A stretch of DNA of 63,617 nucleotides, counting the filler, from Choristocarpus tenellus KU-1152 (lineage: Eukaryota > Protista > Phaeophyceae): assembly GCA_964200185.2 (NCBI GenBank). It is 10 parts of 10 records of this genome, joined end to end, with 100 filler letters (N's around TTAATTAATTAA, not from the genome) between each part and the next. Parts side by side here need not be neighbours in the genome. Positions count along the whole stretch, not along the records: positions 51,960 to 60,164 come from CAXNAD020005002.1; positions 60,265 to 63,617 come from CAXNAD020020595.1; 8 more parts are not named here. One strand, 5' to 3'. The position numbers were made by a program, and so were the translations under genes. Positions 52,159 through 63,617 of this stretch are shown here, piece after piece (within the stretch, counting starts at the first letter, position 1; each line of letters starts with the position of its first letter). The notes below the pieces were generated by a model that did no database searches, was not told the origin of the DNA, and was given only the letters and a program-made list of their open reading frames with translations.

Positions 52159-53673
52159 TTATTCGCTGATAACAATATCGCAACTGCCAAAAAAATCTCG
52201 AATGTCCACTTGTTGGATTGTTCTTGCCCCAATTGTGCTGAACCAAGCCATCTTTGCTTTCCAGAGATTGTACGAAACATTGTTCATGCTGCACTCTTCA
52301 ACGGTTGTTTCTAAGCTTACAAACTCGTCAACTATACTTGAGAGTACGACAGTGGAGGAATCGAGAACACTGAAAAGGGTGCTCCTTTCCTCATGACCCC
52401 CGATACGCTGCACCCTACCATAAGCCCATCATCATCCTTGTCACCCGAGCTTTTATTGTCTGACTGGTACAAGAATTTCTGGAACAGCTGGTCTTTCATA
52501 TCCTCTGGTATCACATTGGCCACTTCATCGTTGTCTTTCGCACCGATCCACCCTCTCGCTGCTGCATTGATGATGGCAGCCTGAGGCGACATTCCGCCGA
52601 GTTTGAGGTGTAGAGCGTCAAGAGCATTAGAGATATTTTCATTAACAACATGGCCACTCGGGATACTATAGTACATAGTATAGACATTACAATATAACAG
52701 AAATACCCGCAAATTTCAAAAAGTTCAATCATGATTCTCATCAGCAGACAGTGCAGAAAGGACAATTCAATCACGATCACAATCAACCTACGTTCAGATT
52801 TCAATCCATGTGAGGACGCACCTCGATATGTTTGGCACCCCCGTAGACTTGGCATCAGGCTTCAGCCTCTGCACTTTCTCCATGATGGTTGTTGCCTCCT
52901 TCAAATGGGTAGAGGCTGCTATGATTGGTTCCAAACTTTTGAGCAACCGCAGTTCCCATCATGGTCTCGTCAGGAGTGTCAATGCTTCCACCTCCTCTGC
53001 AACGTTCAACGTTTATGATTGTCAGCACCGCAAGGCTTGTAGGGAGAGACTTTCTCCGTAGATATATTTGGCAGCACCTTCTCCTTGCCCTTGTTCTTGT
53101 TATCATTGTGCTTCAACGCCGTGTTGTCACTGGCTGCAGGACTCAAAGCCTTGTGCTTGGTGGGGCTCATACATAATTTCCACACGTGTTTCATTTCGCT
53201 GGTGCCAAAATGGATCCACAACACCACAAATGCCATGAAGATAGCCGCTACAAACGCGACACTTATGCCATGTATAGTGTGGCGGACCAGGAGTATTACC
53301 CTTTGTGTTGCAGCTGGATCCCACTGCGCAGGGCATTTATATCTGTAGAATGCCGTCGTCTAAACTTGATGTGGTCTACTGTACGTACCGTACTCTTCAG
53401 TACTGAGAGACAAGATACTGCTATGCTTTGTACTGCTGGTCTCGAGCAGGTTTGTGCCTTACGTTGTTGTATTTGCTAACTTTAGACATGGCTTTTTGGG
53501 AACCCCCTCGATCAAATAGTGAAAAAACTGGGAGTTTGCTCGATATAAGAGAGAATTGGCAGGAAAACGCCGAAACCTCTCTTGTAGCCTGAAAACCTGT
53601 GACAAGGTAAATCAATCTCTCTTATATCCCGTTTTCTCTTATATCAAACTCTCTTATATAGGTACACAGACTG
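52159..53673 (-). mobile_element. Internally deleted pogo/Tigger-like transposon
   Basis: Terminus CAGT + TA at 53673 with repeated CTCTTATAT subterminal motifs. N-terminal Zn finger CAVGSSC...HKCRVCSGYLHGICG, decayed psq-HTH-like region and the typical C-terminus QQVDIRDFF. No DDE core seen. Confidence 0.6.
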
Positions 53674-53779
53674 TACTCATATATTTTATATTGTAGACTA
53701 AACAAATGGTATGTTTATTCCAAGTACTATATAATATAGAATAGGAAGTAGAGTACAAGGTCTGGTGAGAAGGTTGTTT

Positions 53780-54790
53780 AGTGTCATCTTTTCTTTTTCT
53801 TGTACAGGAACGTTTGAACTCAGAAGATAACGTTACCCAAGGGAGATATGTGAAACTATTTGGCACGCCTGTCAGCCTTCTTCAAAACCTACTGAGTCTG
53901 GGATGTGGTACTGTCAGATTGACGTGCAGAAACAATATCACATAATGTACTGTACTGTAGAATATATAATATGTAGTATATATAGAGAGAGAATAACGAG
54001 TACTACTCGTTTTGATTATGTACATAATGTTTACATAGAATTAAAAATAATGTCATCACTCCACCATTCTATATAACGTTGAATAGTAAGCCGAGTAGTT
54101 GACCTTGCCGAGAAGATTGTGTGGTGTCATTTCTTCTTTTTTTCGTAAAATAAAGTTTGATCTCAGAAGAGGACGTTTCCCAAGGGAGATATGCCCTCCC
54201 TTGGCACACCTGTCAGCCTTCTTAAGAACCTTCCCCTGGTGTGGCATGTGATACCGTCAGACTGACGTGCAGAACAATAGCACCCGATGTACTGTACTGT
54301 AGTATATACATACAATAATGGGTACTACTGACCCAAGGAATCTGGGGAGGGGGGAAGGTCTATAGCAGGATGTCCATTTGGGCCATAACTAGGAAAAGTG
54401 CACTTACATTATCCATCTGACGTATGCAATCAAACCACCCAAAAATCACGACATGAAAAAAATTGGCCCCAGGGCAGCTGACACCCCCCCCCCCCCCCCC
54501 CCCCACCTTCAACCTCTCCCCCCCCCCCATTACATTCCTTTGTATTCAAAAAANNNNNNNNNNCCCCCCAGATACTTTGAGCCACTCCTTCAAATCATGT
54601 ACATCAGTGTGACATAAAATAAAAAACACAAATATTCCAGGTATTGTATACAATAGAATAGCAAGTAGATTACCAGACCTTGCCAAGAATGTTTGGTGTC
54701 CTATTTTCTTTTCTTGTACAGGAACGTTTCAATTCAAAAGAAAACGTTTCATATGGGGGAGATATGCCTTCCTTTGGCACACCTGTCGTT
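53780..54790. repeat. Three diverged direct repeats starting near 53780, 54123 and 54696
   Basis: Shared GTC.T.T.TT.TTTT...CAGAAG..AACGTT...GGGAGATATG...TTGGCAC.CCTGTC; copies 1 and 2 extend through TGACGTGCAGAA...TGTACTGTACTGTAG. Confidence 0.85.
54330..54583 (+). mobile_element. MITE family B, containing a small N gap
   Basis: Both termini present; 3-bp TSD ACT. Confidence 0.85.
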
Positions 54791-54829
54791 GCTCCTAGCA
54801 GTAACGCACCTCATTTTGCTCCGGATATC

Positions 54830-56600
54830 TAAGGACCTTCGCACCCCACGTCACTGTTGGAGGGAATAGCAAGTGTGTCCAACTCTCTGACATCCAAACC
54901 TCTAGCTCTAATGGAGATACCCCAATGGGTTATGTGGGCCTTTGGTCCTCTTTTCGTCTCCGGCACGATTTCCGGCAACCTACTCACAGTCACGGAAACT
55001 TTTCTACACGCCCTGCCTTCCGTCCTTGTACCAATGACCACCTTTTATTTCCTTCTAGTGTTCCACCCCGGAGAGATATTGACGTCACTACCCCAAAAGG
55101 TGACCGCAAGACTTTCGATCTTCATCCCCGCAACCCCACTCCCAGGGAGGTTGACGAGTGTATCAGAGATCATATAGAACACTGCCGCACCATCGTTTGC
55201 TTTCATTTGTATGAAACAGATATTTCTGTGTCGCAACCTCCCCCAACCGCTCCCTCTTGGTTTCTGATCTGTCCCTTCTGATATGTCCCTTCCGTCGCCT
55301 CGATCGTACCGCTTTGTACCATCCCACATCCCTATTAATACGCCCAACTACCCCCAACACAGGTCCTCACGATGAAGTTTACTGCTTACCATGAGGCTCC
55401 CAAAGCCTCCATCGGCCAAGCGTCCGAGTCAACCACTAAAATGGCCACAAACGTGCGAAGAGGGCCATCAATGTTTGTCTTCTCAAAGCTTTTCTGGACA
55501 TGGTAGAGGCCATTAACGGCTCCGCCAACCTTCCGAGGCAGTTCGCGCTGCGAGTGTACATGCTGCCAGAATCAACGCCAAGCTCAGCGTTCAGGTGACG
55601 TCCGGCAAGAATAAGACAGATGGAGTCGCAATCGAAGTCCTGGCCGTACTGGAGACCGTCAAGAAGACAGTCAGACCTCTCATAACGTAAGGATGTGCGG
55701 TGTTTACTTGTCTCTATTAGGGCCCCTAGCTTCCTAGGACTGTTGCTCTGTTATTCCTGTGGACTAAAAGGAAATTGGGTGGCATAGCAACTCATATGTG
55801 CGCAGCAAATCTCCAGACCAGCATTGACTGCGATTTGCTCGACATCTCCGTCCCTCAAGTGGCTCTATATACTCCTGTGAAACTCCCCACCCCTCGAACT
55901 TCCTTAGGAGGAGGGTCATGTACCCGTTACACTCTCTCAGCAAGCTCTTGCTGTGGAAGACGTTCTTCGGAAAGCAGGCAAGTCCTGCACGAGGTTGTCC
56001 TGGATGACTGGAAAACAGGTACTGTTTGCACACGTTCTTCAAGCTTTGTTGGTAAACTAGTAGGTGGTCCCAAAGCATGGTAGTCCCATTGAAAAGTACT
56101 TGAGTATTTTCTAGACTTATTCACTAGTGCTGCATCCCTTGAGCACTAGCGGAGTGTGTCAATAGCCAATCTATGACAATCAATGTTAGCTGTGGAGTGC
56201 AGGGGCAGCACCTGATTATAGCCTACTGCTTTTTGGTAGAAGTCCTTAAATCCCTTTTTTCCCTATTTTGTCCTCGACCCTTTGCTGTACGTGGCTGGTG
56301 ATGGATATATCCCAATGTATTGCTTATCTCTGATGAAGCAGGTGGAGGCCACTGCCGATAAATACACTTCCCCCTGCTGGGAGAATTCAAGTATCTCTTG
56401 TCGGATGTCCAGGGAGATTAGTCGGATGGCATCCCGTAGCTACACTACCACTCCCAAGGTGTGCGGCCACCAAGTGGCCATTGTCCACCGGCAGAGTTGG
56501 CGGACAGGGTGGAGGGACGCTGTCGGACCAAGGGGCTCTCACATTCTCGGTGGAGTGCTAGTTACCTGGCCTTATAAATGCCCATCTGGGATTGTGTTAC
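54830..56600 (+). mobile_element. Possible decayed non-LTR retrotransposon (CRE/R2-like) relic
   Basis: GC-richer block with broken ORFs; only weak resemblance (AFLDMVEA...RVY; QVAIVHRQSWRTGWRDA to Q..LP...GGLG). Confidence 0.25.
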
Positions 56601-57309
56601 CTCTTCAATCAGTGTCTGAGGTTGGTGGACGTGGTAAACACTCTATGCGTGGGTAGAGGATCCCACCCCTGATGAAATGTATTCAGTGCCCCTATCGAGA
56701 TTGTTTTTGGAGCAAGAGGAGTACATTGGACTGTGGTAAAAAGTACCCGTCTATCGTGCTCCCTCTGTCTTTTGTGTTGTAGTATGGTCAACCCTCTCAA
56801 GTAATACAAACTATCCATTAATAAGTTGGAAAAGAAGAAGAGTGCGGCAATGAGAAATGAGAGGGCACCACACACCATTGCTGATATACCTTTGTTTGGA
56901 AGAAGAGATGAGCCAAAGTACAGTTCAAGCATGATCTAGTAGTTTAGAGGGAGTGGTCTTGAAGAGTAGAATTGTTCGTGGTCTTGTGAAAGGAAGGGGT
57001 TGGCCCAGAGCAATTAAATATACGGCTTAATCCCAATGTGGTGGATCCGACGATGCGCTTTGAGAATAGGCTTGGTTAACTGAATGGAAAGAAGCACCAG
57101 ATATGATGAATCAGACAGTCTGCTCTGATGAGAGGCTTATTTCCTTGTGGGTGATGGGCATGGATGCATTCACTCGTGAGCATGTAGTATCTAGGTGTTT
57201 TTTGTGGCGTACACTAAAGGAAGATTGAACTCAAGATTGCAAGGTGTGCGTTTTCTATTTTTGAACCTCTTGTACACATGACCACAGGTGATTGTCACCG
57301 GTGAAGGCA

Positions 57310-58720
57310 ATAGATATCATCAATCACCTCAGATCATCCTGTGGAAAGGGGAAAGAAAGAAGAAAAAACCCCTAACTCCTAGGGCCAAAACACATCTTCA
57401 TGTACTTGGAAAAATCTGTCTGCATCTAGCCTAATCTGAGTATACATTTACTCTTTCTAAAGTACAGCTACCCTAAGGTACCAGGTATCATCTGATTATT
57501 GCCTGTTTCATGCCCCCCAAGCACGAAGCATACTGACGGCTGCTAGTGCGTAAAACAGGCAATAACATCAACATCAGCGACAGCAAAAAATGAGGCAAGG
57601 GATAGAAAAGAAAGGACTGAAGAAAGAGAGAACAAATCAAGGACTTAAGAGGATCAGGTTCCTGGTCTGACAGAAAATAAATAATAATGAAATGAAAAGG
57701 TAAACAACTGTGCAATTAGGGTTAACAAGCATAAGAGGGAAAAAAATATAAAAATGCATCCCATATAAAATACTGTTCTGATTTGGGTTACTTCATGGTT
57801 CCAGCTTCTGCTGTCCTACGTTCCATGCAGGTACTACCAGTTTCACGCTTACCACAGGCGATAATCATTGATCAGGATAATAAATATCATTCATCACCTT
57901 AGATCATGCTGTGGTGGCATGTACAATTGCCATTTGGTGACATAGAGGTCTCAGTTCCGCTTCTCTGCCAGTTGTTTCCAACATAGGGACTCCAGTTCCG
58001 ACTCTGCCTGTTGTTTCCAACATAAAGACTGTAGTTCCAAATTAACCCATGTATTCCAACAATGATCAACAAATCTCCTCGTTTCATTTGAGAATGGATC
58101 CCCAAAAGTTGTAAGACACAGTCAAGACCAATATATGTCTGACCAGATAAGAGTATATACCTTTTTTTTTAATATATGTAACTCCAACTAGCCCCAAACC
58201 AGGTCAACAAATATCCTTGTTCTCCTTGGGAAAATCTTTCCCAAGGGTCGCAGAATACCATCAGAGTCAGTTTGCCCCTGCTCTAATCTGAGTATATACA
58301 TGCTTTTTCTGAAACACACCTTCGAAATTGACAGAGTATATATCTCTGATATGGCCTAAAATGAATGGGTCCCCAGTTCCGATCTCTCTAATCACAAATG
58401 TGATTAATTTATCCATGTTACCTCCAAGGTGTCCATAAGGTCACACAATACAATCTCCGTCAAATTGTGCCTGACCTAATCCGAGTATACCCTTGTTTCT
58501 TCTGAACTCGACTTTCAAAGGTTACAAAAAAAATAGCGCTGATTAGGCCTATAATTCATGAGTTCTCCGTTCCAATTTTCCCAGTTCTAAATGCAAGTGC
58601 TATGAGGGATTAGACTTCTACTATTCATGACCTACTCAGCATCTGATTATTGTCTGTCCTATGTCACCCAAGCACAAGGCATACTCAAGGCAGCTACTGC
58701 GTAACATAGGCAATGACAAA
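57310..58720. repeat. Old, diverged dispersed/tandem repeats
   Basis: CTAAT(C)TGAGTATAC-like motif near 57430, 58140, 58283 and 58476; block of about 75 bp at 57490 repeated at 58641; block of about 30 bp at 57314 repeated at 57885. Confidence 0.65.
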
Positions 58721-59255
58721 AGTAAAAAAAAAGAAATATAGAAAGAAATAAGCGCCAGTGATAGCAACAAATAGTAATATTAACAAAAGGAAAAAATGGA
58801 AAAATAAAACAAAAAGGAGTAATAAACAGAAAGGAAAGAAAAAAAAGGGAGAAGATGAAAGAAGAAATAATTATTAAAACTAAGAAAGGAGTAATAAATA
58901 GGAAAGAAAAATAATTGGTGGATGACGAGGGTAACAAAAGTGGATCATGAATAATAAATAAGTAAATGAAATAAAAAGAACAAAAAAAGAAAGGAGAAGA
59001 AAAACAAAAGTCTGTGATTGATGAGAGTGACAACTATGAAAAAGAAAGAAAAAAGAAAGGATGGTGGGATGAGAATTGAAAAAAACAAATAAACATTGCA
59101 AGAACTGACGTGTGAGATGAAGAAAATATATATATTAAACAATAGAAAGTTCAAGATCACAGAGAGCAGTTACAATATAGAAAAGAGAAAAAAAAAGTGG
59201 TAGACATCGCCAAAATACTATCGTAATCAATATTATTAAAAATAACCAACATCCT

Positions 59256-59438
59256 GACCCAAAATATCTGAGGGGGGGAGGGATCTACACCAGGGTGTCC
59301 CTTTGGGTCATAACAAGGAAAAGTGCATTTACATTATCCATCCGACGTATTCAACCAAATCATCCAAAAATCGTGACATTGAAAAATTGGCCCCAAAATG
59401 GACAGCCGCCACCCCCCCCCCCCCAGATACTTTGAACC
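59256..59438 (+). mobile_element. MITE family B, full length
   Basis: TSD TCCT; removal restores the frame ...NNQHP-FVQSK. Confidence 0.93.
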
Positions 59439-59571
59439 TCCTTTTGTTCAATCAAAAATGGGTATTATAGATACTCTAGATTTAAGTAAACCATATTATG
59501 CTCTTAAGGCAATTGGTGGTACGAACAGGTATTATTATTTGCTTAACGAACAAGGACTAGACATAATAGAA

Positions 59572-59733
59572 ACAATATCATTTCCAGAGTCTAATATACA
59601 GGAAATATCAAAATATCTAAGATGTAGAAAATTCGATTACAGTGTTTCAGCTGATCATCTCAAGTCTTTGGCAGTGAGTGATTGTGCTCTTGTTAAATCT
59701 GGTACCAACCTATTTGAAATTAATGCCTGTAAA
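59572..59733 (+). pseudogene. lpxB: Bacterial lipid-A-disaccharide synthase C-terminal fragment (Rickettsiales-like)
   Basis: ISKYLRCRKFDYSVSADHLKSLAVSDCALVKSGTNLFEINAC matches the LpxB motif A.D.AL..SGT..LE; the KSGTN form is the one I associate with Rickettsiaceae. AT-rich and intronless. Confidence 0.7.
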
Positions 59734-60122
59734 ATATATTATTAAACCAATCGATAAACGTTTTAGTATCAGCTCTTAATAATTTATTGGAGGGTATATC
59801 TGCGACGGCGTCTTTGTCCTTTTAAGATACGAAAAGTCTTATCTCAGTTAAGACGCAAATATCTTGTTTATTTAGCAAATCTAGGACTGTGAAGGTCTTA
59901 GAAGGCATGATAAATATCCAACAGTAGTAGGGTAAAGTTGTTCATTGCTTCTGTTTTTGGCACCTAGTCCGACAACTATCATTCTTGAACTTTCCTTTGT
60001 ACTACAATGCCATTTGCTAAGGTCTGACAAGGGTACATTGTTACTGCTCGATGTGAGTGTTGGAATCCTGACAAAAAGGTACCCATGGTGACAATGGGGG
60101 ATGGTTGGAAGCATTGACCTTC

Positions 60123-60164
60123 GAGCCCAAGTATCTTAGAGGGTAAAGCCGCGTCCATTTGGGG
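60123..60164 (+). mobile_element. MITE family A left end at contig end; MITE B tail at 60265-60292 on the next contig
   Basis: GAGCCCAAGTATCTTAGAGGGTAAAGCCGCGTCCATTTGG. Confidence 0.85.
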
Positions 60165-60591
60165 NNNNNNNNNNNNNNNNNNNNNNNNNNNNNNNNNNNN
60201 NNNNNNNNTTAATTAATTAANNNNNNNNNNNNNNNNNNNNNNNNNNNNNNNNNNNNNNNNNNNNCCTCCCCCCCCCCCAGATACTTTGGGTCTCTGTCGT
60301 ACGACATAACGCGTCAACTCATCTCGTTTTTGTCCTAACCCTTCACACACCAAGTCAGTCACAAGACATACCTCCGCCTTCTTAAATGAAATACTGTAAC
60401 ACTCTTTTTTAAACCATTTGCCGTACATTGGAGGACACCAAATTTTGTTCATGTTCACAATAACGTCTTTTAAGGTAAACTCCTCCATCAAACGTTCGTC
60501 GGTCATGAGCCGAGAAAGCAACAACAACCTGTCTTCTGTCGCACGGCAGAACACGTAAATCCGTCTCATTTTCATGGCTTACAGAACACTT

Positions 60592-60763
60592 GACCCAAAG
60601 TATCTGGGGGGGGGAGGAGGGTCTACACCAGGGTGTCCATTTGGGCAAAATCAGGAAAAGTGCATTTACCTTTATCCATCGGACGTATGCAACCAAAACC
60701 CCCAAAAAATTGTGACAAAAAAAAATGACCTCAAATAGACAGCTGTCCCAGATACTTTGAGCC
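60592..60763 (+). mobile_element. MITE family B, full length
   Basis: Both termini; 3-bp TSD CTT. Confidence 0.9.
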
Positions 60764-61150
60764 CTTTCTAAATGTTTTCCATGTCCACTTCATCGAACCC
60801 TAAATACTTGATGCTCACGTCTCGAAGATAGACAAGCAATGGCAAGAACCGTCGATGCAGTCTCTGACTTTCCAACATAACAATTTTCACACGTGTTCGG
60901 TACCATCTAACCTTACCCTGGACCACCCTACACACTGGGAGCATGTTTTCTAAGCACCTCCTCGTCTGAAGAACGTGGCAACGTTTTCCATGTTCGTAGC
61001 TTCAATCTACAACTCAAAACGTAAAGGGAAACAAAGTCCCACAACCCACACAGTATCCTATCTTCGTTCTCCCTCAGGAAGCGGACATTCAAGACACTGT
61101 CCAAGACCAGCACCCTTCAATCCCACAAGAAATACAGGACTGACCGGATC

Positions 61151-62059
61151 ATGGACCTGTTCCTCTCCATGCTTGTCGACCATAACGGTCAACGCGAGGG
61201 CGAACGAGGTGGATACACATGGAACGATCTTGCCTCTTGGTTCTTGGACAAGAGAACGAAGTTCGCACCGTTGGCGAGCGCCCTACGACTAGTGCTGGCT
61301 CAGGAAGAACGTGATTCTATACCCGATCCTCAGGTCAAGACCTTCCTAGAATGTCTCAAGCAAGACCTTAGCACCGACCTTACCCATCAAGTATACCGCT
61401 CCATCCTGGTGGGCATTGCTCCCGATGTTGAGGTACATGAAGATGGGGTGAGCTCAACCTTTCACCCTCGTCTCTCTGACACTGCAAAAATGTACAACAT
61501 CAAGGTCGAAACGCTCAGCTCTTCCGCAACGAAACGCGCGGAATTCATACGTGATATACAACAGCACAAGCAAGACAATGCCGCGCCTTCACATGACGCC
61601 GGGGGATCGTCTGTCATGTCTGGCACTCACGCCGTGTTCTCCCCTACGTCAAGCGTCACCCACAGGTACGAAAGTATGTACTCACCGGCGGTCAACAGTA
61701 TGCGCTGCACAGGGCAGCACCAAGAGGGAAAACCCATGCAATACCTGAGCCAATTATTTACCCTTTCAAAATCGAGTTTAACAAATCTTACGAAGTTCCT
61801 AGGCCTCAAGTGTGGAACTAACGCCTATTCCACATGTTCCATTCTTTCCATGAGTAAAAAGAATAGGGTGAGGGTATTCGACATGGCAAGGGACAGTTCC
61901 TCGAGACAGTTTGACGTGCAGCACCCTGGAACACATGTCCTTGGTATCACCGTCGGGGAGAGCAATAGCATCGCCATGCCACACGACCCGATCATGTCTC
62001 ATGACTCAACTGCTGGAATGCACCAGTTGAACCCACATACCAACAAACCCTCATACTAA
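61151..62059 (+). CDS. Intronless 302-aa ORF of unknown function, probably the remnant of a longer gene
   Basis: Frame is open from about 61025 and continues past the TAA at 62057 to the MITE at 62130. Normal protein composition, no recognised motif. Confidence 0.45.
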   Translation: MDLFLSMLVDHNGQREGERGGYTWNDLASWFLDKRTKFAPLASALRLVLAQEERDSIPDPQVKTFLECLKQDLSTDLTHQVYRSILVGIAPDVEVHEDGVSSTFHPRLSDTAKMYNIKVETLSSSATKRAEFIRDIQQHKQDNAAPSHDAGGSSVMSGTHAVFSPTSSVTHRYESMYSPAVNSMRCTGQHQEGKPMQYLSQLFTLSKSSLTNLTKFLGLKCGTNAYSTCSILSMSKKNRVRVFDMARDSSSRQFDVQHPGTHVLGITVGESNSIAMPHDPIMSHDSTAGMHQLNPHTNKPSY

Positions 62060-62129
62060 CAAGAGGGTGTGTCACCCGGATGCATTGTGTCAACAGCACC
62101 CTCAGAGGTATTGTACGCAAATAAGTCGC

Positions 62130-62361
62130 GAGACAAAGTATCTTAGAGGGTAGAGGCGCGTCCATTTGGGAACCAAAATCCAATGTTGCGATTTTGATGT
62201 AATCTTGGCTATCATTTTTGTTAGGAGATGTCAACATCTTTGTTTCGGATACGACGTTTCATAACGTATACATTTTATGTACTCCTTGGGGTAGGTCAAA
62301 TGTTATTTAAAACAAAAATGGACAAACAGGAAAAAAAACTCGTACCCTGTAAGATACACTC
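62130..62361 (+). mobile_element. MITE family A with internal deletions; MITE B tail at about 63350-63380
   Basis: Intact left TIR; shortened right TIR TACCCTGTAAGATACACTC. Confidence 0.87.
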
Positions 62362-63617
62362 CGGACGTTCTCTAAATCAACATTTTTTTTGCAAATAGTA
62401 TATTCTAATCAACACCTTCTTATAGGGTTAATGTTCATGTGTCCTCATACACATACTGTTCTTCGCCTGGTGGCAACCTGAATTTTGTTTGGATTGATTT
62501 GTTCTGCCATTGTTCTCTCATACTTACTGCCATCCCCCATAATGCGTCCTTGGATGAGATAACTTACATATCGCAATACAATATTTTGGTGTGTTTGTCC
62601 TATAGCCCTGCCTAATGTGATATCTAAATTCCAGAAACATTGCACCGCAATGGTCATGTCTGTTAGAACACTAGTAAACCCCTGTGTCTACCGAGGAGGT
62701 AGTCAGCTCACTATCTGCTCGGTGGACACATGGGTTAGTAATGTTCTAACAATGTCTTCTCTTACTCAGCGTCCTCTGGAGCACGCAGAACCCTTCCAAC
62801 CCTGACCATGCACACCGTACTAAGACCGTCTATCTCACACAACTAACCCTCTGAAGTGTATGTGCAATATGGTGCTAAGATCAATCGACCCAATGTCTAA
62901 CACAATAACAATGGCAATTCAAGTGCACCCAATTTGTGCAGGGAAATGTACATGACCCGGAGTATGCAACCCAACCATTCTCCCTTGCTTCTTTCCATTG
63001 CTCGAGCTGAAGAGCCATTGACAGAACCCTTGCAAACATAAACTAGATGAAGCATCCCGTACTCGATACCACCATCTACAATATGAGGCGACATTTTCAC
63101 AACAGACAACCCCTCTTTCATTCCTATTCCAAATGACAACAACCACCTAACTACAAATTTTGAACTAAACGGCCACTTTCCTAAGCCATCATCACACAGA
63201 ATACACGCACTCAAGCGCCAAGCGCAGGTCCTAAATGCAGGTTGTTCCAAAATACATAAAAAAAAGGACAAACCCTCCACGACTGAAGACAGCAATTCCC
63301 CAAATTTTTGAACACCTCATCAGGGCCGAAACGGACGCCCCCTCACAAACCGCACCCCCCCCCCCCAGATACTTTTGTTCGATTGGACTCTTCCAACTCT
63401 ATCGGAAAGTTACGGTAAAATATGTATGGAGTAACAGAACAATCAATTAGTGGTTAGTTATCAGAACCTTTTACTAGTGATTAGTTGAATGAGAATCTTT
63501 CTCATATAAAGGGAAAATTTCTGATTTTATGGGGCATTGCATGCCCCACCTAAATTTAATCAATCACTCTACGGACACCAAGCAATCTCGCCGGGTTTAT
63601 CACCTTTACCCTCTTTG

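Noticed and set aside
58659-59200. F/L/I-rich ORFs as membrane proteins
   Set aside because: Antisense translation of A/G-rich low-complexity sequence.
63280-63335. Hammerhead ribozyme (CTGAAGA...GAAAC); also CTGATGAG at 42247
   Set aside because: No convincing stem II or flanking stems could be paired.

Overview
This is eukaryotic, intron-rich DNA, most consistent with a stramenopile and probably a brown alga (inferred from gene structure, TE types and TTAGGG-type repeats). It is not one locus: ten short contigs are joined by nine artificial 100-bp N44-TTAATTAATTAA-N44 spacers, so adjacency across spacers means nothing. Host genes I could reconstruct are a complete 4-exon 60S acidic ribosomal protein P1 gene, a multi-exon PHTF-like membrane protein gene divergent from a coiled-coil gene, internal exons of a USP9/24/34-type deubiquitinase, and one EF-hand exon. 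Most of the rest is mobile DNA: about 24 copies of two related MITE families sharing a CAAAGTATCT terminal core with 3-4-bp TSDs, plus relics of a Sola-type transposase, a DD39D mariner, a pogo element, an RTE LINE and other retroelements. Three things stand out. (1) An intron-containing ParB/Srx-HTH gene sits directly downstream of a 207-bp tandem array and a cluster of long palindromes with a repeated GATCCGCGCGGATC core; this resembles an origin/partition module of an unrecognised large mobile element. (2) Two AT-rich Rickettsiales-like gene fragments (mreB, lpxB) are embedded in host DNA; the patch carrying lpxB is interrupted by a host MITE, which indicates real endosymbiont-to-nucleus transfer. 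(3) The termini of MITE family A could be spliced out in frame, like an introner. All protein family calls come from motif recognition by eye; no database search was run.
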